Shown: positions 40,475-49,618 of the stretch, piece after piece
Numbering within the stretch: the first letter of the stretch is position 1
Layout: every line of letters begins with the position of its first letter
Virus record (IMG/VR): IMGVR_UViG_3300042330_000433
Coordinates: 28,213-92,212 of that record
Source: a virus
DNA length: 64,000 nt
Reading direction: 5' to 3' (one strand)
Notes under the pieces: model-generated
The model's database searches: none
Told to the model about the DNA's origin: nothing
Seen by the model: only the letters and a program-made list of their open reading frames with translations
Translations under genes and position numbers: made by a program

Positions 40475-42511
40475 TTATTTATTATTTCCTATTTTATCAA
40501 TAATTAAAGAATCTAAATTCATTAGATAATCATTGTTAACTTCCATAACATCTGTTACTACATCAGAATTAGCAGAATGTTTTGCTAAACTATTATTTGC
40601 ATTTTGAACTGTTATATAAACATTCATCATTTCAGATTCAAGAGTATCCTTTATTTCAGAATCATATTCAATTTCTTCTTCAATTTTAGGATCTTCATCA
40701 ATTTGAGAATTTCTAGCAATATGTTCTATATCAGAAAATATATCTTCATGATCAATAAAATGTTCTGTTTTAATTTGATTAACATCAAATATATCACCTA
40801 ACTTTTTTAATTCTGTATTATGATATATTTTAAAAGGCACATCTAATTTAATTTCTGAGCTTTCTCCTAAAATAATAGGTGTAGAATTTTCTAATAAATC
40901 AATAGAACTCTCACATATTTCAATATTAATTAAGTTTCCTTTTTCAATATTATATATTTTACCACTTTGAAGAAATGAATGTTTCTTTGTATATGGCAAT
41001 CTATTATATGTAATTTCTTGATTATGATCAGGTTTTCTTTTTTTATTAAGATCTATAATTGGATGTTTTGACATTTCAGATAAATCTAAGAATGTATATT
41101 TATCTTTAAATTTATTAGTAACTGCTTCATAATCCATTGAAGTTTCTAACATTACACCTTTATGGAAATAAATTAAAGGTGGTTCAACTTGTTTCTTAAA
41201 TGTAAAAGGTTTAACAATATTACCTGATTTAAAATCTGGTGTTTCAGTACCATTTAAGAATCTACCTTCATCCATATCAAAAAATCTATCTAATAATTCA
41301 TAACTTGCAGCCATAGCTTTGTTAGAATCATCTGCTAAATGAAAGAAACCATAACCAAATATAAAAGTATAAACACCATTAATTAAATGACCATTTCTTC
41401 TATAACGTAAGTTTCTAAAATTAATACCTGATTTAAAATATTTATCATCTGTTTCATCATAAATATTTGTAATAATAGAATTATCTAATAACTTGTAATT
41501 TAATTTCGATTGTTTAGGGCTCCTTTTTTTAGTCGTATCTATGTCCAAGGTACAATTGGCCGTGGCCGTATGTATCTTCCTTGTCATAGGAGCCATCGTA
41601 AAATTTTTGTTATGACTCGTAATAAATGATTTTTTCTGAGCAGCTTTACTTCTATCTACTTTATAAGTAACAGCAGAATCAATATCTCCATTTTTAATTT
41701 TATAAACAATATTATGTTTAAATTCAAAAATATTTTTATTTAATTTACCACCAATTGCAATTAAAGGTTCCTCTAAAGAAGATATATATAAAGAATTTTT
41801 ACTTTCTTTATAATAATATAAAGGTCTTTCTTCAAATTTATCAGGATTAGTATCACTAGTTTCTTTTCTTGATGCACCATGAAACGCATAAACTGTATCA
41901 GGTTCAGTTAAATCTTGAAAAACTAAAGCTGCTCCACCAATATAAGAATCTAAAACTTTAATATCTTTAGAATTATAAATACATTCTAATAAAATTTCTG
42001 AATCATTTTTAGAACGAATCCATTTACCTCTTGTACCATTTTCATTCATTTCCCATAAGTCAGCTATAACACCATATTCCTTAGCTAAATCACCATGGTT
42101 TGTTAATGTACCATTATGACAGCCTATAAATGAATAACCTTCTTTTAGTTCACCAAATCCAAATGGATGTGCATTATATTCATTAGCTGCTCCAACGCTA
42201 GTTCTTCTTGTATGACCAAATACAACAGGTACTTCTTTTGGTTTCAAATATTCTTTTTCTATTAAAAAATCATAATAATTTTTATTAGTGGTTAATCCAT
42301 AATAAATCTCACCATCAGTTGTAACACCACATGAATCTCCACCTCTAGAATTATTGTAAAGTCCTAAAATGTCAAATTTTGCTTTATTGAAAGATTTTGG
42401 ATTACTTCCAGCCCATGCAAAAATACCACAACCTAATGTATTATGTTTTGGTTTAAATATTATTAAACTAAGAATTTGGAATAATAAAAGTATTAATATT
42501 ATATTTATCAT
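40475..42511 (-). CDS. Class II (Ntn) glutamine amidotransferase with hydrophobic N-terminal extension
   Basis: CGIF at residue 28, RGGDSCG, GHTR, NAHPF, HNGTL, NDSE. Confidence 0.88.
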   Translation of the reverse strand: MINIILILLLFQILSLIIFKPKHNTLGCGIFAWAGSNPKSFNKAKFDILGLYNNSRGGDSCGVTTDGEIYYGLTTNKNYYDFLIEKEYLKPKEVPVVFGHTRRTSVGAANEYNAHPFGFGELKEGYSFIGCHNGTLTNHGDLAKEYGVIADLWEMNENGTRGKWIRSKNDSEILLECIYNSKDIKVLDSYIGGAALVFQDLTEPDTVYAFHGASRKETSDTNPDKFEERPLYYYKESKNSLYISSLEEPLIAIGGKLNKNIFEFKHNIVYKIKNGDIDSAVTYKVDRSKAAQKKSFITSHNKNFTMAPMTRKIHTATANCTLDIDTTKKRSPKQSKLNYKLLDNSIITNIYDETDDKYFKSGINFRNLRYRRNGHLINGVYTFIFGYGFFHLADDSNKAMAASYELLDRFFDMDEGRFLNGTETPDFKSGNIVKPFTFKKQVEPPLIYFHKGVMLETSMDYEAVTNKFKDKYTFLDLSEMSKHPIIDLNKKRKPDHNQEITYNRLPYTKKHSFLQSGKIYNIEKGNLINIEICESSIDLLENSTPIILGESSEIKLDVPFKIYHNTELKKLGDIFDVNQIKTEHFIDHEDIFSDIEHIARNSQIDEDPKIEEEIEYDSEIKDTLESEMMNVYITVQNANNSLAKHSANSDVVTDVMEVNNDYLMNLDSLIIDKIGNNK

Positions 42512-42518
42512 TTGTTTT

Positions 42519-43340
42519 TTATATTGTTATTTTTTCTTTTTTTTCAGTAATATTAAGTACTGTTAATAATTCTTTTGCTGATTCTAAATCATTAGAATCA
42601 ATTGCAGCTCTAACTTGTTCTGAATATTTATTAATTAATTCATCACATTCATTATCTAAAACAAAGTTTACAGCTTTTAATGTTTGATTAAAAACCCAAC
42701 TCATTGTTTCTGGAGTGTGAATCCAAAAATTAGATAATGCTCTACATTCAACTCCAAATTCTTTAAATCTAAAACTTCCTGCTTTACCATATAACTCTCT
42801 TCGACGCGTATCATTGTCTTTAAAAAGAGCTGGTAATACTACAAACATATCAAATGCTTTTACTATTTTTTCAGTTTGTTCTTCATTAGGATTTGGATAA
42901 CCAATTGCAACATGTCCTCCAGCACATCTTAAATTTGTATTAGAATCTGGTGTTGGGTTGTTATCACCTAAATATACATTATAATCAGGTTCACAACCAA
43001 ATGTTGAAGCTTGTAAAGTTTGTAGATATTTTTCATTAACTTCATCACTAACTTTTGTACTAAAATTATAACCATTAGCTTGAGCTAATACTAATAAATA
43101 ATCTTGACAAACCTGATGATTTTCTATCCATTCTTCTTCTGTTGAACAAGGTGGAATATTATATTCAAACATAATACCATCTTCTTGAATGGCATGACCT
43201 TCTTCTGTAATAGGTCTAGGTGAATATTTACTTCCACCTTCAGTTAAACCTTCAGCTGATACAATTTCATTTTCATCGCAAATAAAAATTTCTGGATCTG
43301 CACCTAATGTTACGTTATATTTGTTTTCTACTTTTTTCAT
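42519..43340 (-). CDS. phiEco32-like COOH-NH2 ligase type 2
   Basis: LGADPEIF, QEDG, FGCEPD, RCAGGHV, RRELYGKAG, GVECRALSNFW. Confidence 0.9.
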   Translation of the reverse strand: MKKVENKYNVTLGADPEIFICDENEIVSAEGLTEGGSKYSPRPITEEGHAIQEDGIMFEYNIPPCSTEEEWIENHQVCQDYLLVLAQANGYNFSTKVSDEVNEKYLQTLQASTFGCEPDYNVYLGDNNPTPDSNTNLRCAGGHVAIGYPNPNEEQTEKIVKAFDMFVVLPALFKDNDTRRRELYGKAGSFRFKEFGVECRALSNFWIHTPETMSWVFNQTLKAVNFVLDNECDELINKYSEQVRAAIDSNDLESAKELLTVLNITEKKEKITI

Positions 43341-44029
43341 TATACTTTTAAATAATAATTAATTAATACATGTATCATTTGTTTAGTTTGTTGAGGACAA
43401 TTTGGACTTTCAGGGTGACCTTGAATACATAATGAATTTGTTTTAGAATAAAAAACAACTTCTGGCTCTACAAAATTTTTTGGTAAATCAATATTTACAT
43501 CATTACCATTTAAGTATTTATTACTTAAAAAATATTTAGAGTATCCAAGAATAATAAAATTTTCTTCATTCATTCCAAAAGGATACATCATTTGATGATG
43601 TGTAGAAGTTATTTTATAAATTGAATCAGTATAAGGTGTTGACATTTCAATTTCATGTAATCCACCCACTGCATGACCTTCTACATGTTGAATTAATTTA
43701 CCACCTGACCAAACTGTAAGTGCTTGAGCACCTCTACAAATTCCTAATTTAGGTGTATTTTTGAAACGATTAAATAAATATTCTTTTTCATATTTATCAC
43801 GTTCAATATTATATTTAGTTTTTGAACCAGTATTTTCATTATAATATTGAGGAGTAACATCTTCTCCTCCAATAAATAATACTAAATCAATTTTTTCTTT
43901 ACCTGTATAATTTGAGGATTTTACAACTGTTACATCATAAAATTCAGATAAAAAAGCAATATAATTATCATTATTTATTTTACCATTTACATATACTGTA
44001 ATTTTATTTTTAGTCATTCTGATCGTCAC
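43340..44029 (-). CDS. Class I glutamine amidotransferase / peptidase C26
   Basis: GGEDV, GICRGAQ, STHHQ, QGHPE triad. Confidence 0.9.
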   Translation of the reverse strand: MTIRMTKNKITVYVNGKINNDNYIAFLSEFYDVTVVKSSNYTGKEKIDLVLFIGGEDVTPQYYNENTGSKTKYNIERDKYEKEYLFNRFKNTPKLGICRGAQALTVWSGGKLIQHVEGHAVGGLHEIEMSTPYTDSIYKITSTHHQMMYPFGMNEENFIILGYSKYFLSNKYLNGNDVNIDLPKNFVEPEVVFYSKTNSLCIQGHPESPNCPQQTKQMIHVLINYYLKV

Positions 44030-44735
44030 TTAAAAGTTCATTAATAATAATTTTTGCATATGCACAATTCATTTCTTCAGGATGATATTGTAAACCTGCT
44101 ATTTTTAATGTAGAATGTTTAAAACCTTCAATAATAATAGGTTCAGGTTCAGTATTAATAACTGCACCAGCTTTATTATAATAATTCCAACCTCTAACAT
44201 TATTTTCTTCAGAATAACAATTATCATATCTTTGAGAATAACAAATAACTTCCAATCCTTTTCCTAAAATATTAACAGATTGATGATGCATTGTATTAAT
44301 ATACCATCTATTGTTATTATTTTCAAATTGCATTTCTTGTTTAGTTTCTTCTCTTTTATCACCTTGATGATGACCAAGTATATGTTGATTTAATGTTCCA
44401 CCAAACCAAGTATTTAAACGTTGCATACCTCTACAAATACCAAAGATTGGTTTATTTGCTTTAATAAATTGAGGAATCAACATTTTATCTAAATATTCAT
44501 AATGTTGATTAGCACGAGTATCCATTACTCCTGGTACACTGTTATATGTTGAAACATCAACATCAGCACCACCTGGTAATACTAACATATCAATTTCATC
44601 AACAATTTTATCTAAATTGTCTGTAGTAGAAATTAATCTAACATAACCAAATTGACTAAAAAATTGCATATATGGAAATGTTTGACCAACTTTACCATTA
44701 TATGAATCAGCATATATACCTATTGTTTTTTTCAT
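44010..44735 (-). CDS. Second class I glutamine amidotransferase / peptidase C26
   Basis: PGGADV, GICRGMQ, MHHQ, QYHPE. Confidence 0.9.
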   Translation of the reverse strand: MKKTIGIYADSYNGKVGQTFPYMQFFSQFGYVRLISTTDNLDKIVDEIDMLVLPGGADVDVSTYNSVPGVMDTRANQHYEYLDKMLIPQFIKANKPIFGICRGMQRLNTWFGGTLNQHILGHHQGDKREETKQEMQFENNNNRWYINTMHHQSVNILGKGLEVICYSQRYDNCYSEENNVRGWNYYNKAGAVINTEPEPIIIEGFKHSTLKIAGLQYHPEEMNCAYAKIIINELLSDDQND

Positions 44736-44736
44736 T

Positions 44737-45159
44737 TTATTTTTTTATTGTTTTTTCTTTTTTGTATATTTTTGTTAAATCTAATAACATTAATGTCATT
44801 GAAGAACCATTTGTAGAACTATACGGTTTACTAAATTTAATTACATCTTTATCATCTTTAAACATTTTTTTTACAGTATCTACATATTGTTTTTTAATAT
44901 CAACTAATATAACTTTATTAATTTTAGAAAGAATCATTTCTTTACTATTATGTTTAAAAGATGTTAATATTGATGCAAAATAATTAAATAAATAAATATC
45001 ACTATCTGTATTATTCAAATTAATAAAATTTTTTATATTTGTTGAAATTTTATGACCATTTGCGTAATTATCATACATACATTGATATTGAATACTACCA
45101 TTTGGATTTATTACTTCTTTAACACTTGTAATGTACATTCCATTTATTACATTTTCCAT
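44737..45159 (-). CDS. Hypothetical protein in the ligase cluster
   Basis: ILVDIK...PYSSTNGSSM. Confidence 0.6.
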   Translation of the reverse strand: MENVINGMYITSVKEVINPNGSIQYQCMYDNYANGHKISTNIKNFINLNNTDSDIYLFNYFASILTSFKHNSKEMILSKINKVILVDIKKQYVDTVKKMFKDDKDVIKFSKPYSSTNGSSMTLMLLDLTKIYKKEKTIKK

Positions 45160-45555
45160 CTACTTTCTTTTTAATAAAATTATATATTGATTAATACCTC
45201 TAACTTTTACAGTTTGTTCTACATACATAGTTTTATTTGAAACTTTTTTAAAACTTTCTTTAAATTTATTAAATCTTGATGTATTTCTAATTATAATTAA
45301 TTTAAGATAATTACCTGGTGTAATCAAATTAGTTGTATAGTTAGTTAATTCTTCAATTGTTAAAGTATCAATAAGTTTATTAATATTATTAATAGAACTT
45401 ATTTGACAATTACTTGTTGGTGAAGGATGAAGTACTACGTCAATTTTTAAGTTTTCTTTACCAATTTGTAATTTTTGAATATTACCATTATTTGAAAGAA
45501 TATTTAATTCACGAGCAGGTACTGATTTTTTATTTTCTAGCATTGTATTTTTCAA
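45160..45555 (-). CDS. Hypothetical protein in the ligase cluster
   Basis: SPTSNCQISSI. Confidence 0.55.
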   Translation of the reverse strand: MKNTMLENKKSVPARELNILSNNGNIQKLQIGKENLKIDVVLHPSPTSNCQISSINNINKLIDTLTIEELTNYTTNLITPGNYLKLIIIRNTSRFNKFKESFKKVSNKTMYVEQTVKVRGINQYIILLKRK

Positions 45556-46414
45556 TTAAAAGTTCTGGTAATTTTTCTTTGTATTTTTCTAATGTAACTG
45601 TACCCATACTTGGAGCAGAATTAATTTCTACAACAATAAATTCACAAGATTTTCTTTTTTTACCATCTCCATCAGTGTTGTTCTGCACTCTTAAATCACA
45701 TGCTCCAAAATCTAAACCACATGATTTTAATGCATTAACACAATGTTCTACAATTTCATTCCAATTTATAGGTTTATCAAAATTAGGATTTTCTTCAAGA
45801 ATCCAAACACAATTATCATCATGACGTTGCCATGAATTTGGATGGTCTTTAAATTCTTGTTTTAACATTTTTCTACAAGTGTAAAAACAACCATCTTTAG
45901 TAACATGTAATCTATATTCTTTATTGTAATTACAATACTTTTCTAAAATATAATGAGAAGGTGTTTTACCGTTCATGAAAGCATCATATTCAGCACGAGT
46001 TTTAAATAATGTATTACCTTTACCTCTACTACCATGATGTGATTTTGCAACAATAGGATATTCTACAGTTCTTAACCATTCTTCTACATTAGTATTATTA
46101 TTAGTAGTTTTAGCTACCCAACTTGCTGTTTTGACATTTAATTTTTCAAAACATTGTTTCATTAATAATTTAGATGAACTATTTTTAATTGCTTCAGGAG
46201 AATTTAATTCAATTCTTGTACCTGATGTTGACGCTGCATCATCTAATTCTGTTAATGAACCAAATCTAATTACACTTCTAAAAGGTAAAGATCTCAATTG
46301 TGTTCTAAAAGGGTTATGTGATGGATGTCTACTTCTAATCATTGGTTTAAATTTACCAACAAGTTTTTCTCCTATTTTTTTAATTGTATTTGCTTTTTTT
46401 ACTACAGTTCCCAT
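45530..46414 (-). CDS. ATP-grasp peptide ligase (RimK/YheCD-like)
   Basis: PIVAK..HGSRGKG, EYRLHV, GLDFGACD, VEINSAPS. Confidence 0.88.
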   Translation of the reverse strand: MGTVVKKANTIKKIGEKLVGKFKPMIRSRHPSHNPFRTQLRSLPFRSVIRFGSLTELDDAASTSGTRIELNSPEAIKNSSSKLLMKQCFEKLNVKTASWVAKTTNNNTNVEEWLRTVEYPIVAKSHHGSRGKGNTLFKTRAEYDAFMNGKTPSHYILEKYCNYNKEYRLHVTKDGCFYTCRKMLKQEFKDHPNSWQRHDDNCVWILEENPNFDKPINWNEIVEHCVNALKSCGLDFGACDLRVQNNTDGDGKKRKSCEFIVVEINSAPSMGTVTLEKYKEKLPELLIEKYNARK

Positions 46415-46415
46415 A

Positions 46416-46880
46416 TTATCTATTGTTTTTTACTTCTTTGTATATTTGTTTGCGGTAATCTAACCAATCACCGCCTGAAACTTTTACTTTATTTGATACT
46501 TTTAATGAACTAAAAAATGTAGTTGCATTTCCATAAGGAGTATAAATTAAACTTTTTTCAAAAGCTTCTGTTTCTTGAGTTTCATCATTATGTTGACGAA
46601 TGTGTTCTAATTTTTTGTAGACTTCTTCTGATACATCATATACTTCCATTCTAATAGATGTATTACCATCTCTTATTAGTACAGGATATAATCCAAATAC
46701 ATACATATCATAAATTGGTTCTGTATCAAAACTACCTAAAAAAATTTGATTACCTACTATATGATGTGAAACACCACCTTTACGCAAGCTACCATATAAA
46801 GCTACTAAGTATCTTTTTTTTTCTTCTTCTTTCATTCTTTTTAAAAAGGTACGGCGTTGTTTATTAATTCTATTAAGCAT
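46416..46880 (-). CDS. Gamma-glutamylcyclotransferase-like (AIG2) protein; true start probably nearer 46836
   Basis: VALYGSLRKG, YPVL, MEVYDV; lacks the LEG catalytic motif. Confidence 0.8.
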   Translation of the reverse strand: MLNRINKQRRTFLKRMKEEEKKRYLVALYGSLRKGGVSHHIVGNQIFLGSFDTEPIYDMYVFGLYPVLIRDGNTSIRMEVYDVSEEVYKKLEHIRQHNDETQETEAFEKSLIYTPYGNATTFFSSLKVSNKVKVSGGDWLDYRKQIYKEVKNNR

Positions 46881-47881
46881 TCTTTTGCTATTTTTTGACC
46901 ATGATTTTTTACTAAATCACTAAAGTCTTTAGATTTATATTCATCAGGTATTTCTAATTGCCATAAATTAAACTTACTTGTTAAATTATCACTAAATTGT
47001 CTACCCCAGTTAACTTCTTTATCAAAATCATTATCATAAAGTAAATATACTTTTTTAAATCTTGATTTTAATTCATTAATTATATTTTCTTTAGGTAAAG
47101 CAGATTCAGTTTGTAAACTTACTGCAGGAATACCTGTTACATTTACAATTGACATTACATCTTTTAAAGATTTTGTAACTATTAATTTATCACCAGTTGC
47201 AGGCATTTGCTCCCAACCTTGCCATACTGAATCATCATGGGTATTTAACCATTTATAATTACCATTGTTTGGTTGATATATTTTAAATGTTTCTTTACCA
47301 TCTTTTATTTCAGTATAAGAATAAGCTAATGTATCTGCTTTAATAATTTTTTTTTCAATTCCAGCATGTATATATGCAACAGGTCTAACTCTATATTTTT
47401 GCAATGTTTCATGAGTTATACCAAATTGACTCCAATATGCTAAATCTTGTAATGTCCAATCTCTAGATGTTTTAGCTAACGCTTTAGCATTTAATTGTTT
47501 TAAAATTTCTTCTCTTGTTGTTAAATAATTTGATGAATTAACATTTGTTTTAAATGTATTTTTTATAATGAATTCATTTTCTAACCCTGCATCTAAAGCA
47601 ATTTTACTTAATGCTTCAAACCAAGTTATTCCAAATTTAAGCATCACAAATTTAACACATTCTCCATGACCTAATACAAAATCATTAAAGCAAATTTCTC
47701 CAGATTCTCCTTTAAAAAATCCAAATGAATTTCTTTTATCTTCTCTTAATGGTGAAGATATATTACCTTTTGTACTAACATCTTCTGTCATATACATTCT
47801 GTATATTTCTAAATCAGTAATCTTTTCAAGTAATAATTCTTTTGTAATAGGTTTTAAATTTAAATTAATTAGTACATTCAT
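46841..47881 (-). CDS. DNA primase (Toprim)
   Basis: SPLRED, KIYQP, TKSLKDVM, YDNDFD, KDFSD. Confidence 0.85.
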   Translation of the reverse strand: MNVLINLNLKPITKELLLEKITDLEIYRMYMTEDVSTKGNISSPLREDKRNSFGFFKGESGEICFNDFVLGHGECVKFVMLKFGITWFEALSKIALDAGLENEFIIKNTFKTNVNSSNYLTTREEILKQLNAKALAKTSRDWTLQDLAYWSQFGITHETLQKYRVRPVAYIHAGIEKKIIKADTLAYSYTEIKDGKETFKIYQPNNGNYKWLNTHDDSVWQGWEQMPATGDKLIVTKSLKDVMSIVNVTGIPAVSLQTESALPKENIINELKSRFKKVYLLYDNDFDKEVNWGRQFSDNLTSKFNLWQLEIPDEYKSKDFSDLVKNHGQKIAKECLIELINNAVPF

Positions 47882-47883
47882 AG

Positions 47884-48018
47884 TTAATATTGTATAAAAT
47901 GTATTTTTCCTGACATTTCAAATGAATCCACAGGTATTGTTTCTATAAAATCTATAACTGGATATGATTTTAGTTCTTCGTGTATTGCTTTGTTTATTTC
48001 TATTTCATCGTTTGACAT
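47884..48018 (-). CDS. Small hypothetical protein (44 aa)
   Basis: MSNDEIEINKAIHEELKSYPVIDF...; stop lies 2 nt before the primase start. Confidence 0.45.
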   Translation of the reverse strand: MSNDEIEINKAIHEELKSYPVIDFIETIPVDSFEMSGKIHFIQY

Positions 48019-48042
48019 ATTTTAGTTATTTAATTTATTTAG

Positions 48043-48102
48043 TGGACTGATTGGGACTCGAACCCATGAATTCAAACTTGTTACCCAACAAGCTACAGCC
48101 CA
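48043..48102 (-). ncRNA. tRNA-like element B (no anticodon arm)
   Basis: 7-bp acceptor TGGGCTG/CAGTCCA, T8A9, hairpin GCTTGTT-GGGT-AACAAGT, short linker, TGGG-TTCGAGT-CCCA. Confidence 0.7.
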
Positions 48103-48129
48103 AAATAAAGAGGGTTTTTACACCCTCTT
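48102..48129 (-). terminator. Terminator after the SSB gene
   Basis: AAGAGGGT-GTAAAA-ACCCTCTT-TATTTT on the - strand. Confidence 0.65.
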
Positions 48130-48141
48130 ATTATTATAATA

Positions 48142-48744
48142 TTAGATCCAAGATTGTTTAGTAACTGGAGTTTCAGACGCAGATGTTCCTGCAATAGGAG
48201 CATCTTCTGTAATTCTTTCCATTTGGTCATCATATTGATTACCTTTTCTAACAACTCTTAGTCTTGATGGTGTAGTTCCAAAAGCTTCGATGAAATCAAA
48301 GTTTCTGTATACACCTAGATAAGATTTTGGTTTACTAACTGAACCATAAGTTACGAAAATATTCACTTTTTTACCTTCACAATTTTGAGCTGTTAATTTC
48401 ATTAACACATCAACTGCTTCTTGAGGATTATTTACTGCTGGAAAGACATAGTCATTTCCTAATACTGATTTAGCAATTGATAGTACTCTACCAACATTTA
48501 GTTTAGCTAATGATGCATTTTTAGCATCATCGTACATCTCATTTGGTTTTGGGTAATAAATACCCATATTAACTTGACCACCAGCTGTATCAGTAAAAAT
48601 TACTTTATAATCTGGTGCCAAGTCTGGCATTTCTGGTGTTTTCTTTTCTACACTAATTGAAACATTTTCAACTTTACCAGCTTCACCGTTATTGAAAATT
48701 AAATTTGATTGAGTTTTAAAATCTTCTCCGTTTAAATCGAACAT
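48142..48744 (-). CDS. Putative single-stranded DNA-binding protein
   Basis: Lies between AAA ATPase and primase; beta-rich with a flexible tail ending in W-I. Confidence 0.55.
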   Translation of the reverse strand: MFDLNGEDFKTQSNLIFNNGEAGKVENVSISVEKKTPEMPDLAPDYKVIFTDTAGGQVNMGIYYPKPNEMYDDAKNASLAKLNVGRVLSIAKSVLGNDYVFPAVNNPQEAVDVLMKLTAQNCEGKKVNIFVTYGSVSKPKSYLGVYRNFDFIEAFGTTPSRLRVVRKGNQYDDQMERITEDAPIAGTSASETPVTKQSWI

Positions 48745-48814
48745 ACTTATATATTTTAAATTATTATTTTGGCTTATAAAAATGAGTTTTTGAATAGAAC
48801 TCTAACTATTTTTA

Positions 48815-49585
48815 TTAATCTACGAAAATTTTATCCCAATGAGATATAAATTCTCCTTTTTCATTCATTTCTAATAATACAATTTCTTGATTTTTTAGAT
48901 GTTCTGGTCTTGCACCTACAGACAATGTTTCAGCTGTTTTAAAATTAGCGATTGTTTGATTATCTTTACGGTATAAGTAACAGATAGCATCGCTTTTAGA
49001 ACATAATATAGCAGGCATTTTTCCTACTAAATCTAAACCACGTTGATTCACTTCTTTTCCGTTGAATTCAGCTAGTTTATCTTTAGTATGACCTGATATA
49101 ATCAAAGTTTCACAAAGTGCTTCTAATTCATCTAAAATCATATTCATTGCAAGTCTTAACCAGTAATATCCAGCACCCTGTGGTAATTCTAATACATTAT
49201 CACCTTGAAAATTACGACCAATTGGTGTATTTCTATATAGTTTTAATGCTAAATCAGGTGCATAGAAGTCTTCTAACGCAGAAACTGTATCAATTGATAT
49301 ATATTTATATACATATCCTTTTTTTTCCGTATTTGCATCTGTAATAGTGTCAATAATTTGTTTTAATGCTATAATAGGTTTTATTCCTTGTTTTGTAGCT
49401 TCTTCTAAAACATTTATTTTTAATCCTGACACAAATCCAGATCCGTTTTCAAGATCTAAAATTAAATTATTTTCTAATCTACTTAAAGCTTCTGTTTTAC
49501 CAGACTTAGGTGAACTAAAAATAATTAATTTACTTGGGTTTTTTTTAGAAGGCCCACTTACTTCTTTTGGTAGTGCTATACTCAT
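48815..49585 (-). CDS. AAA ATPase (AAA_24 / Sak4-like)
   Basis: SSPKSGKT, LDLENGS, IDTVSALED, ISGH. Confidence 0.85.
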   Translation of the reverse strand: MSIALPKEVSGPSKKNPSKLIIFSSPKSGKTEALSRLENNLILDLENGSGFVSGLKINVLEEATKQGIKPIIALKQIIDTITDANTEKKGYVYKYISIDTVSALEDFYAPDLALKLYRNTPIGRNFQGDNVLELPQGAGYYWLRLAMNMILDELEALCETLIISGHTKDKLAEFNGKEVNQRGLDLVGKMPAILCSKSDAICYLYRKDNQTIANFKTAETLSVGARPEHLKNQEIVLLEMNEKGEFISHWDKIFVD

Positions 49586-49618
49586 TTTATCTTTTTCATC
49601 CGACCACCTACCACTTTT

